Shown piece after piece: positions 37,658-49,690 of a stretch of 64,000 bases of DNA. Below the pieces are notes generated by a model. The model worked only from the letters and a program-made list of their open reading frames with translations. It was not told where the DNA came from and did no database searches. Within the stretch, counting starts at the first letter, position 1. Every line of letters begins with the position of its first letter. The stretch is from Squalus acanthias (taxonomy: Eukaryota): assembly GCA_030390025.1 (NCBI GenBank), contig JASTWF010000080.1:558001-622000 (forward strand). Direction: 5' to 3'. A program made the translations under genes and the position numbers.

Positions 37658-38101
37658 GAGACCGTGTGTGTGTCATCTCACACCTTCCTAAACTGTGTAT
37701 GGCTCTCCTGAGTTACTTTACACTCACACTCATCACTCTTGTCAGAGATTTAGAAGAAAGACTGAAGCAACTTGGAAGGTTTCAGCCTTGAAGGGTGACT
37801 GTTACCAGGTGTATCAAACATTGTGCACTTTCTAACGCAAATGTTATAATATCTAATTAACCAACCTCCTCCTGCTCTCTCGATCCTATTCCCAATAAAC
37901 TGCTGACCACCCAACTTCCCTTCCTGCCCCCCGCCATGTTAGCTGATATTGTTAATGTCCCTCTCCCAATGTACTGTCCCCTCCCCTTCAAATCTACCGT
38001 CCTCACCCCATCCTCAAAAACCCCACCTTGACCCCTCTGTCCTTGCAAACTCCTGTTAGCAGTCAACCTCCTGCCTTCTCTGGCTCACAACACGTTCGGG
38101 T

Positions 38102-40545
38102 AAAAAGAAAAGAAAGACTCGCCTTTATATAGCGCCTTTCATGACCACCAGATGTCCCAAAGCGCTTTGCAGCCAATGAAGTACTTTTGAACTGTAGTCA
38201 CTGTTGTAATTTGGGAAACACGGCAGCCAAATTGCGCACAGCAAGCTCCCACAAACAGCAAAAAAAAAAATTGGCCAGAAAAAGCGGTAACCCTGAAGAT
38301 TGGGAGCAGTTTAGGATTCAACAAAGGAGGACAAAGGGATTAATTAAGAAGGGGGAAAATAGAATATGAACGTAAGCTTGCTGGGAACATTAAAAACTGA
38401 CTAAGAGCTTTTATAGATATGTGAAGAGAAAAAGATTAGTGAAATCAAGTGTAGGTCCCTTGCAGTCAGAAGCGGGGCAAGTTATAATGGGGAACAAAGA
38501 AATGGCAGACCAATTAAATGCATATTTTGGTTCTGTCTTCACAAAGGAGGACACAAATAACCTCCCAGAGATGTTGGAGAACATAGTGTCTGATGAAAGG
38601 GAGGAACTGAAAGAAATCAGTATTTGCAGGGAAATGGTGTTAGGGAAATTGACGGGATTGAAGGCCGATAAATCCACAGGGCCTGATAATCTACATCCTA
38701 GGGTACTTAAGGAAGTGGCCCTAGAAATAGTAGATGCATTGCTGATCATCTTCCAACATTCGATGGAATCTGAAACTGTACCCATGGATTGGAGGGTAGC
38801 TAATGTTACCCCACTATTCAAAAAGGGTGGTAGAGAGAAAGCGGGGAATTACAGACCGGTAAGCCTGACATCGGTAGTGGGGAAAATGCTAGAGTCCATT
38901 ATAAAGGATGTAATAGCTGAGCACTTGAAAAACAGTGACAGGATCGGACAAAGTCAACATGGATTTACAAAAGGTAAATCGTGCTTGACTAATCTACTGG
39001 AATTTTTTGAGGATGTAACTGGGAAAATAGATAAGGGAGAACCAGTAGATGTGGTGTATTTGGACTTTCAAAAGGCTTTCGATAAGGTCCCGCATAAGAG
39101 ATTAGCGTGTAAAGTTAAGGCACATGGGATTGGGGGCAAGGTATTGACTTGGATAGAGAACTGGTTGGCGGACAGAAAGCAGAGAGTAGGAATTAATGGG
39201 TCTTTTTCCGAGTGGCAAGCAGTGACTAGTGGGGTACCGCAGGGATCGGTCCTTGGACCCCAGCTATTCACAATATACATTAATGATCTAGATAAGGGAA
39301 CTAAATGTAATATCTCCAAGTTTGCAGATGACACAAAGCTGGGTGGGAGTGTGTGCTGCGAGGAGGATACCGAGAAACTCCAGGATGATTTGGACAGGTT
39401 GGGTGAGTGGGCAGAAGCGTGGCAGATGCAATATAACGTGGATAAATGCGAGGTTATCCACTTTGGTGTCAAAAACAGAAAGGCAATAGATTGGGAGAAG
39501 GGGAAGTGCAACGAGACCTGGGTGTCCTTGTGCACCAGTCGCTGAACGTAAGCATGCAGGTGCAGCAGGCGGTGAAGAAGGCAAATGGTATGTTGGCCTT
39601 CACAGCGAAAGGGTTTGAGTATAGGAACAGGGATGTCCTGCTGCAGTTGTACAGGGCCTTGGTGAGACCACACCTTGAATACTGTGTGCAGTTTTGGTCG
39701 CCTTATCTGAGGAAGGATGTTCTTGCCATGGAAGGAGTTTAGCAAAGATTCACAAAGCTGATACCTGGGATGGCAGGAATGACATATGAGGAGAGATTGG
39801 GTCGATTGGGCTTATACTCGCTGGAGTATAGAAGAATGAGAAGGGATCTCATCGAAACATATAAAATTCTGACAGGTCTGGACAAACTAGATGCAGGAAG
39901 AATGTTCCCGATGGTCAGAGAGTCCAGAACCAGGGGTCATAATCTAAGGATAACGGGTAAGCCATTTAGGACAGAAATGAGGAAGAATTTCTTCACCCAG
40001 AGAGTGGTGAACCTGTGGAATTCTCTGCCACAGAAGGTGGTTGAGGCCAAGTCATTAAATATATTCAAGAATGAGTTAGATATATTTCTTAAAGCTAATG
40101 GTATCAAGGGATATGGGGAGAAGGCAGGTACAGGGTACTGAGATTGGATGATCAGACATGATCTTAGCGAATGGCGGAGCAGGCTCGAGGGGCCGAATGG
40201 CCTACTCCTGCTCCTATCTTCTATGTTTCTATGTGATAATGTCCAGGTAATCTGTTTTTGATATGTTGATTGAGGGATAAATATTGGCCAGGACACCAGG
40301 GAGAACTGCCCGGCTCCTCTTCGAAATAGTGCCATGGGATCTTTTACATCCACCTGAGAGAGCAGACGGGGCCTCGGTTTAACGTCTCATCCGAAAGATG
40401 GCACCTCCGACAGTGCAGCACTCCCTCAGCACTGCACTGGAGTGTCAGCCTAGATTTTTGTGCTCAAGTCCCTGGAGTGGGACTTAAACCCGGAACCTTC
40501 TGACTCAGAGACGAGTGTGATACCCACTGAGACACAGCTGACACT
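38102..40545 (-). mobile_element. Full-length tRNA-headed Deu-domain SINE (SacSINE1-like), split by a CR1 (parts 38102-38260 and 40233-40545)
   Basis: Minus-strand head with A-box-like TGTCTCAGTGG and B-box-like GGTTTAAGTCC, Deu-like core (GTGCTGCACTGTCGGAGGTGCC...GATGTAAAAGATCCCATGGCACT), L2-like tail. Confidence 0.8.
38265..40232 (+). mobile_element. Relatively young 5'-truncated CR1-type LINE with an open RT core
   Basis: 374-aa ORF 38421-39545 (NYRPVSLTS, QHGF, LDFQKAFD, GVPQGSVLGP, FADD); frameshift near 39487, stop at 39740-39742; TATGTTTC-type tail. Confidence 0.96.
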
Positions 40546-41558
40546 AAGCACGAGGCACTTCATAGTGGAGTACACGGAACAGACTTTATTGGTACAGAGT
40601 GCAGGAGATCAATCTAACTGTTTACAGAGAGTGGATTTTCAGTTTCTGTATCTTTCGAGCCACTCGGAAGAAATGTTGAAAACCGTGCTCCTTTATACTC
40701 CATATTTTCACTGCATCAAAGGAAAATGTCATAGCTAAGACTGCCTGACGTATCTAATCCCAAATCCTTTGAAAACAGACTATTCATGTAAACAGTTGTA
40801 GTTAAACAAGACTGCCTGAACTAACTGTTACTAACAACTTTGAAGAAAAGCTTTACCAACTGTTCTCTTCCTACACTGCAGTGAATGGAGACCACCGACC
40901 CATGGTTATTACCCTAGCTGTGTTTATTACCGTATAACTAAACCTTAACCATTCATAGGTGACGTCATTACCAAGACTTATTTCCTTACACAAACACTTT
41001 ACATATCCGAAGACAAGCTCGGCTTCCCCTCACCACACTTCAGAGTCATCCTGTTTATATTGGAAAGTCTATTGCTCCATGAGACAGATGTTAGACTGTG
41101 GACCCTTAACTCCCCAAGATGTCCAACATACATCTCTCCAGGATGCCCAACAACTACCGCCCCATCTCCAACCTCCCTTTCCTCGCCAAAGTTCCTGAAT
41201 GTGTTGTCGCCTCCCAAATCCGTGCCCATCTTTCCCGCAGCTGCATATTTGAACCTCTCCAATCCGGTTTCCGCCCCTGCCACAGAACTAAAACACCTCT
41301 TATCAAGGTCACAAATGACATCCTATGTGACTGTGACTAAGGTAAACTATCGCTCCTACTCCTTCTCAATCTGTCTGCAGCCTTTGACATGGTTGACCAG
41401 ACCGTCCTCCTCCAAAGTCGCTCCTCCATCATCCAGAAGGGGGGGACAGCCCTCGCCTGATTCCATTCTTAGCTGTTGTACAGCTGTGAGGGTGAAGAGT
41501 GTGCTGGTGCCCAAGGAAGAAAAAACAGAGTGACCAGTGGTCAGGTCATTGGAACTTT

Positions 41559-42814
41559 TGGTCCCGTGTTTCTCTCTCTGTGCCAGGCTCTGGTCCCGTG
41601 TTTCTCTCTCTGTGCCAGGTCCCGGTCCCGTGTGTCTCTCCCTGTGCCAGGCTCTGTTCCCGTGTTTCTCTCCCTGTGCCAGGCCCTGGTCCCGTGTTTC
41701 TCTCCCTGTGCCAGGCCCTGGTCCTGTGTTTCGCTCCCTGTGCCAGGCTCTGTTCCCGTGTTTCTCTTCCTGTGCCAGGCCCTGGTCCCGTGTTTCTCTT
41801 CCTGTGCCAGGCCCTGGTCCCGTGTTTCTCTTCCTGTGCCAGGCCCTGGTCCCGTGTTTCTCTCCCTGTGCCAGGCCCTGGTCCCGTGTTTCTCTCCCTG
41901 TGCCAGGCCCTGGTCCCGTGTTTCTCTCCCTGTGCCAGGCCCTGGTCCCGTGTTTCTCTCCCTGTGCCAGGCCCTGGTCCCGTGTTTCTCTCCCTGTGCC
42001 AGGCCCTGGTCCCGTGTTTCTCTCCCTGTGCCAGGCCCTGGTCCCGTGTTTCTCTCCCTGTGCCAGGCCCTGGTCCCGTGTTTCTCTCCCTGTGCCAGGC
42101 CCTGGTCCCGTGTTTCTCTCCCTGTGCCAGGCCCTGGTCCCGTGTTTCTCTCCCTGTGCCAGGCCCTGGTCCCGTGTTTCTCTCCCTGTGCCAGGCCCTG
42201 GTCCCGTGTTTCTCTCCCTGTGCCAGGCCCTGGTCCCGTGTTTCTCTCCCTGTGCCAGGCCCTGGTCCCGTGTTTCTCTCCCTGTGCCAGGCCCTGGTCC
42301 CGTGTTTCTCTCCCTGTGCCAGGCCCTGGTCCCGTGTTTCTCTCCCTGTGCCAGGCCCTGGTCCCGTGTTTCTCTCCCTGTGCCAGGCCCTGGTCCCGTG
42401 TTTCTCTCCCTGTGCCAGGCCCTGGTCCCGTGTTTCTCTCCCTGTGCCAGGCCCTGGTCCCGTGTTTCTCTCCCTGTGCCAGGCTCTGGTCCCGTGTTTC
42501 TCTCCCTGTGCCAGGCCCTGGTCCCGTGTTTCTCTCCCTGTGCCAGGACATGGCCCCGTGTTTCTCTCCCTGTGCCAGGCTCTGGTCCCGTGTTTCTCTC
42601 CCTGTGCCAGGCCCTGGTCCCGTGTTTCTCTCCCTGTGCCAGGCTCTGGTCCCGTGTTTCTCTCCCTGTGCCAGGCTCTATTCCTGTGTTTCTCTCCCTG
42701 TGCCAGGCCCTGGTCCCGTGTTTCTCTCCCTGTGCCAGGCTCCGGTCCCGTGTTTCTCTCCCTGTTCCAGACCCTGGTCCTGTGTTTCTCTCCCTGTGCC
42801 AGGCACTGGTCCCA
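41559..42814. repeat. Minisatellite, 32-bp unit (GTCCCGTGTTTCTCTCCCTGTGCCAGGCCCTG), about 39 copies
   Basis: 32-bp period seen directly; near-perfect core ~41850-42480 with diverged edges. Confidence 0.98.
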
Positions 42815-43025
42815 TGTTAATTGTTCTAAAGTGGCACCGAAACAGGCATGAGAAACGTCGTCCAACTCACCGACAGTCAGCTGAGTAAATCTCTTTGTGT
42901 AGCTCCTCCAATTTAAAGTCTGAACAGGTTTTTAAAGGGCAAGCTTGAATTTCTGAGCTCCCCAGTACAGTGCTCCAGTTACACAGCATTTATATCGATA
43001 TGAAATTCTGGAAACAGCTCTCCAG

Positions 43026-43384
43026 ACCATTGATGGACACAACTTAGACCATCGATGCACACAACTCACCATCGATGGACACAACTCGCCATCGATGCAC
43101 ACAACTCGCCATCGATGGACACCACTCACCATCGATGCACACAACTCACCATCGATGCACACAACTCACCATCGATGCACACAACTCACCATCGATGCAC
43201 ACAACTCACCATCGATGGACACAACTCACCATCGATGGACACAACTCACCATCGATGGACACCACTCGCCATCGATGGACACCACTCGCCATCGATGGAC
43301 ACCACTCGCCATCGATGGACACCGCTCGCCATCGATGGACACCGCTCGCCATCGATGGACACAGCTCGCCATCGATGGACACCT
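43026..43384. repeat. Minisatellite, 20-bp unit (CATCGATGGACACAACTCAC), about 18 copies
   Basis: 20-bp period; each unit carries the palindrome CATCGATG or CCATCGATGG. Confidence 0.96.
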
Positions 43385-44103
43385 TTCACTTCACATTGGA
43401 TGAAAAGCAGCACAACGCACCATGTGGACATCGGGGGGTGGGCGCTGAGTTTTGATTGCAGACGTCTCCTTGACATGAGACCCTGATTTCCCTGTCTTGT
43501 TGAGATGCCAGTTTTGTTCTGTTTAAGAAGATGCTTCACTTGCATTCGGACTTTAAACAAACAGTATTTGGATGGTAACTGTTAGGGTGCTGTGTTCTAC
43601 AAAGTAATAAACAATCCCACTCGGATGTCATTAAAACATTCTGGCAATTAACACATCACACATTGCTTTTAAGTGTTCATGTTTAAGCTCTGATGTTGAT
43701 GGATTGTTTCTTGCTGTATAACAGACATTAAGATTCAAACCTTCGATTACAACAGGTAACAGTATCCTTGGTCATCCATTGCCATCCTTTGCCATTTCTT
43801 CCCCCAATGTCCTTTCTTCCATTGCCAAAGATACCCTGGCTGTGATAGTGAAGGCATTTCAGCCCAAACTACAAGTTCAAACTACAAGTTTAAAGCTACC
43901 CCTGCAGAGTCCACTGCCCATCCACTGTGTGTCTTTGTTCTCACTGAGCTCTTTCCACTGCCGGAACTCTGCTGAAACTTGATTCCCATCACCTGGATTG
44001 GTTTGTGATCCCCTGGACTTCTCTGGACATCTAGACCACTTTTCCTCTTTGAACTACACTGGATTACACCACTACGTTTCTGCACTGGATTACACTGTAA
44101 GAC

Positions 44104-47100
44104 TTTTTTTTATTCGCTTATGGGATGTGGGCATCGCTGGCAAGGCCAGCATTTATTGCTCATCCGAAGTTGCCCTTGAGAAGGTGGTGGTGAGCTGCTG
44201 CCTTGAACCGCTGCAGTCCATGTGGTGAAGGTACTCCCACAGTGCTGTTAAGGAGTTCCAGGATTTTGACCCAGCGACGATGAAGGATCGGCGATATACT
44301 TCTAAGTCAGGATGGTGTGTGACTTGGAGGGGAACTTGGAGGTGATGGTGTTCCCATGTGCCTGATGCCCTTGTCCTTCTAGGTGGAAGAGGTCGCGGTT
44401 TTGGGAGGTGCTGCCGAAGAAGCCTTCGCGAGTTGCTGCAGTGCATCTTGAAGATGGTACACACTGCAGCCACGGTACACCAGTGGTGGAAGGAGTGAAT
44501 GTTTAAGGTGGTGGATGGGGTTCCAATCAAGCTGGCTGCTTTGTCCTGGATGGTGTCGAGCTTCTTGAGTGTTGTTGGAGCTGCACTCATCCAGGCAAGT
44601 GGAGAGTATTCCGTCACACTCCTTACTTGTGGCTTGTAGATTGTGGAAAGGCTTTGGGGAGTCATGAGGTGAGACACTCACCGCGGAATACCTAGCCTCT
44701 GACCTGCTCTTGTTGCCACACTATTTATGTGGCTGGTCCAGTTAAGTTTCTGGTCAATGGTGACCCCCAGGATGTTGATGGTGGGGGATTCGGCGATGGT
44801 AATGCTGTTGAATGTCAAGGGGAGGTGGTTAGACTCTCGCTTGTTGGAGATAGTCATTGTCTGGCACTTCTGTGGCCCGAAAGTTACCTGCCACTTATCA
44901 GCCCAAGCCTGAACGTCATCCATGTCTTTTTGCATGCGAGCATGGACTGATTCATTATCTAAGGAGTTGTGAATGATGCTGAACACTGCGCAGTCATCAG
45001 CGAACATCCCCATTTCTGACCTTATGTTGGAGGGAAGATCATTTATGAAGCAGCTGAAGATGGTTGGGCCTAGGACACTGCCCTGAGGAACTCCTGCAGC
45101 GATATCCTGGGGCTGTGATGATTGACCCCCAACCACCACAACCATCTTCCTTTGTGCTAGGTATGGCTCCAGCCAGTGGAGCGTTTCCTCCCCGATTCCC
45201 ATTGACTTCAGTTTTACTAGGGCTCCTTGATGCCACACTCGGTCAAATGCTGCCTTGATGTCAAGGGCAATCACTCTCGCCTCACCTCTGGAATTCAGCT
45301 CCATTATCCATGTTTGGACCAAGGCTGTAATGAGGTCTGGAGCCGAGTGGTCTTGGCAGAAACCAAACTGGGCACCAGTGAGCAGGTTATTGGTGAGTAA
45401 GTGATGCTTGATAGCACTGTCGATGACACCATCCATCACTTTGCTGATGATTGAGAGTAGACTGATGGGGCAGTAATTGGCCGGATTAGATTTGTCCTCC
45501 TTTTTGTGGACAGGACATACCTGGGCAGTTTTCCACATAGTTGGATAGATGCCAGTGTTGTAGCTGTACTTGAACAGCTTGGCTAGAGTCGGGGCTAGTT
45601 CTGGAGCACAAGTCTTCAGCACGATAGCGGGGATGTTGTCGGGGCCCATAGCCTTTGCTGTATCCAGTGCACTCAGCCGTTTCTTGATATCATGTGGAGT
45701 GAATCGAATTGGCTGAAGACTGGCTTCAATGAAGGTGGTGACCTCAGGAGTAGGCCGATATGGATCATCCAGTCGGCATTTCTGGCTGAAGATGGTTGCA
45801 AATGCTTCAGCCTCGTCTTTTGCACTCACGTGCTGGGCTCCACCATCATTCAGGATGGGGATATTCATGGAGCCTCCTCCTCCAGTTAGTTGTTTAATGG
45901 TCCACCACCAGTCATGACTGGATGTGGCAGGACTGCAGAGCTTTGATCTGATTCGTTGATTGTGGGATCGCTTAGCCCTGTCTATAGCATGCTGCTTCCG
46001 CTTTTCAGCATGCATGTAGTCCTGTGTTGCAGCTTCCCCAGGTTGGCACCTCATTTTTAGGTACACTTGGTGATGCTCCTGGCATGCTCTTCTACACTCC
46101 TTATTGAACCAGGGTTGGTCCCCTAGCTTGGTGGTAATGGTAGAGTGAGGGATATGCCGGGCCATGAGGTTACAGGTTGTGGTGGAATACAATTCTGCAG
46201 CTGCTGATGGCCCACAACGCCTCATGGATGACCAGTTTTGAGCTGCTAAATCTATCCCATTTAGCATGATGGTAGTGCCACACAACATGATGGAGGGTGT
46301 TCTCAGTGTGAAGATGAGACTTCGTCTCCACAATAACTGTGTAGTGGTCACTGCTGCAAATGCTGTCAAGGACAGATGCATCTGCGACAGGTAGATTGGT
46401 GAGGATGAGGTCAAGTAGGTTATTCCCTCGTGTTGGTTCTCTCACCACCTGTCGCAGGCAGTTATGTCCTTCAGGATTTGGTCAATTCGGTCAGTAGTGG
46501 TGCTGCCAAGCCACTCTTGGTGATGGACATTGAAGTCCCCTATCCAGAGTACATTCTGTGCCCTTGCTACTCTTAGTGCTTCTTCCAAGTGGTGTTCAAC
46601 ATGGAGCAGTACTAATTCATCAGCTGAGGGAGGGCGGTAGGTGGTAATCAGCAGGAGGTTTCCTTGCCCATGCTTGGGCTGAAGCCATGAAACTTCATGG
46701 GGTCCAGAGTCAATGTTGAGGACTCCCAGGGCCACTCCTTCCCGACTGTATAGCACTGTGCCACCACCCCTGGTGGGTCTGTCCTGCTGGTGGGACAGGA
46801 CATACCCAGGGATGGTGATGGAGGTGTTTGGGACATTGGCTGAAAGATATGATTCTGTGAGTATGACTCTGTCAGCGTGTAGCTTGACTAGTCTGTGGGA
46901 CAGCTCTCCCAATTTTGGCACAAGTCCCCAGATGTTGGTGAGGAGGACTTTGCAGGGTCTACTGGGCTGGGCATGCCGTTGCCATAGCCGGTGTCGAGTG
47001 GTCCGTCCTCTTTCATTCTTATTATGTTTCGTAGCGGTTAATTACAACTGAGCGACTTGCTAGGCCATTTCAGAGGGCAATTAAGAGTCAACTACATTGC

Positions 47101-47360
47101 TGTGGGTCTGGAGTCGCATGTAGGCCAGACCAGGTAAGGACGGCAGATTTCCTTCCCTAAAGGACATTAGTGAACCAGATGGGTTTTTACAACAATCCGA
47201 TAGTTTCATGTTTACCATTACTGACATTCGCTTCTTAATTCCAGATTTATTTAATTCACTGAATTTAAATTCCCCAGCTGCCGTGGTGGGATTTGAACTC
47301 ACGTCTCTGGATCATTAGTCCAGGCCCCTGGATTACTAGCCCAGTGACATTACTGTTCCC
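44104..47360 (-). mobile_element. Near-full-length CR1-group LINE (APE endonuclease + RT) with a tRNA/SINE-like 5' head
   Basis: EN ORF 46442-46921 (VILTESYL, RPTRGGG, YRPPS, IGDFNVHH); RT ORF 44678-46414 (LDIKAAFDRVWH, GVPQGSVLGP, FADD); A-rich tail at 44104-44111; B-box GAGTTCAAATCCC at 47288-47300 on the minus strand. Confidence 0.9.
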
Positions 47361-49690
47361 GATAACTGTCTCTATCTCTGCTGCTGAAAAACAGTTTTTT
47401 TTTATTTAAGCTGCGGCCGTGCTTCTGCTGAACTGGTTCTACTGGTTGTTCACCTTTGTTGGCCTCTAGCTGGCAGCTGCTGTTTCACTTGCTGTCCGGT
47501 GACTGGTTCTACCGGTTTTCAGCTTCGCTGGTCGCTGGCTTGTGGTTTTACTTTTTCTCCACCGCTTTGATCTACGATGTTCTCCAACTTGCGTCAATTT
47601 CTCCATCATCTCTCTGCACCGCTACCGATTCTCATTCCTACTGCAACAACCTCCATCCTCAAACTCTCGACCCAACAAATAGCTTCTGGACTTCACTCGC
47701 CTGCTTTGGACAGCGGTTCGTCGATGGTCCGTGCCGGCTCCATCCTGCTTACGTCTGCTTTGTCCTTCCATGGGACCTCTGACTTTGACCCTGGTCTCCC
47801 TACTATTGTCTCCAACCTATTCCCTGCTACCAGGAAATATGTATCCCATTAATTACTACATAACCAGGTCTATGTAACCTGAGCTTTTCCCTGTGTCCAT
47901 TCGCTGTGCGCACTTTGGCTGCCGCTCTGGACCCGAGCCAATCAATACTTTTCCACTTTTTCTCCCCCTTTTCTCTCCATCCCTCCCTGACCGCTCTCTC
48001 CTGTCGTCATGCCTCCTTTAATCTCCTCTCTCTCGGATACTCTGTCCTCCCAAATCCCTACCCCAATCCTTCATTACTCCTTGACCTTCCTCCTCTCCTC
48101 TGCTGCCACTGTTCCAGGCTTTACCCACTCTTAGATAAGTCTACATCTTCCCTTTGTGCCTTTCTTGGCATCCTCCGAAGGGCCCATCGAGGCACTCGTC
48201 GCTGCCTCCTTACAAGCAGCAACCCCAACTGTCCCAGCCTACTCTCTCGCCAACCTTCCCACCCAGCACACCCACTGGGGGCTAATCTTGCCAATCTCGT
48301 CCCCGTCCAACTCACCCCTCCCAGCGCTGACCCTGTGGACGCTGGCAGTGGGTCAGCCATCACCGACTCTTTCCGCATCTCCCTCTAGAATGTCCGTTCA
48401 CTTGCAACAAGGCCCTTGCCATCCATAAGCTTATCGTGGATGATCACATCGATATCATAGCCCTGACGGAAACTTGGTTGAGGGTTGATGACCCATATTC
48501 ATGGCCATCCACTCGACCTCGCCACCTCTTGTGGTCTTGCTACTCCCATCATTTTAATCGCAGATAAGGCCATCTCTGACCACATCCTCGTATCGCTCTC
48601 CACCCACATCCCCCTGCCAACCCCGCTCCCCCTGTCAACCCTACTTCCTTCTGTGTTCGCCCTGGAAAAAACTTTCCCCCAGTTCTCTTACAACTGCACT
48701 TATGAAATCCCAACTGTGCAGCCCTAGGCCCTCCATTCACCACCACCTTTGATGCCCTAGTCCATATTAAAACAATTACTTTCTCTCACCCTGGCCATTC
48801 CCCCTAGTACAGTCACATCTTCGCTCCCTTAAGTCCAAGGGATGCAGACTTGAACAGATGTGGCGGACAACTGGTTTAACCATTCACCGCCAGATCTGGC
48901 TGGACCACATACAACATTATCGGGCCCTGCTCTCGTCTGACAAAATTGCTCACTATTCCAGAATCATTCTGGAATGCAAAGATAAACCCGGCTTCTATTC
49001 TCCACTGCTAACCGTCTTCTTTAACCCCTCTCCCCTGTCTCCTCCACCCTCACCTCCGATAACAAATGTGAGGAACTCAATGACTTCTTTGTCTCTAAGA
49101 TTGAGACCATCTGTTGAGCTGCCTCTGCCACTTCCCTTCCTTCCCTTCCTTCCCCGAGCCCACCAGGCCAAACTTCCTCTGGGGCACCCCCCGCCCTAGC
49201 CCTGAACTCACATCTTTCTCCATTTTCTCTCCGATCTCCCCTCGTGACCTCTCCGTGCTCACCTTGTCCATGGGACCACTTCCTGATCCCTCAACCCTAT
49301 TCCCACCGGACTGCAGGCCGCCCGGCTTCCTTTTCTGGCTCCCATGTTAGCTGGCATTGTTGGCGGTTCTCTCTCCTCAGGTACTGTCCCCCTCTCCCTC
49401 AAATCTGCCGACATCACCCCCCTCCTCAAAGGGCCAGCCCTTGGCTCCTCCGTCCTTGTAAATTACCACCCCGTCTCCAGCCTCCCTTTCCTCTCCGGGG
49501 TCCTTGGGCGGGTTGTTGCCTCCCAAGTCTGTGCCCGTCTTACCCACAGCTCCGTGTTTGGTTCCCTCCAATCAGGTTTCTGTCCCTGTCACAGAACCAA
49601 AACGGCTCTCATCAAAGTCACAAATGACATCTTTTGTGATCGTGACAAAGGTACCCTATCCCTCCTCGTCCTTCTTGACTTGTCTGCAGC

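Larger units (their letters stand above)
38054..40990 (-). mobile_element. Putative LTR (~490 bp: 40546-40990 plus 38054-38100), split by a SINE+CR1 insertion
   Basis: Minus strand begins TGTAAGGAAA, has TGACGTCA (40960-40967), TATAAA (40692-40697) and AATAAA (40585-40590) in U3-R order, and ends ...GCTAACA at 38054. Confidence 0.5.
37860..41475 (+). mobile_element. L2-type LINE fragment split into ~37860-38053 and ~41150-41475 by a nested insertion stack
   Basis: Left part ends ...GACCCCTCTGTCCTTGCAAACT; right part resumes AACTACCGCCCCATCTCCAACC (NYRPISNLPFLAKV...QSGFRPCH.T). Confidence 0.75.

Noticed and set aside
39068-39745. Antisense ORFs over CR1 RT regions (here and in other CR1 copies)
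   Set aside because: Shadow ORFs opposite conserved LINE coding sequence
40460-40545. tRNA genes (also 47280-47360)
   Set aside because: A/B-box-like motifs belong to retroelement heads; no convincing cloverleaf
41476-43560. Overlapping 100-470-aa ORFs in most frames
   Set aside because: Translations of the 32-bp and 20-bp minisatellites
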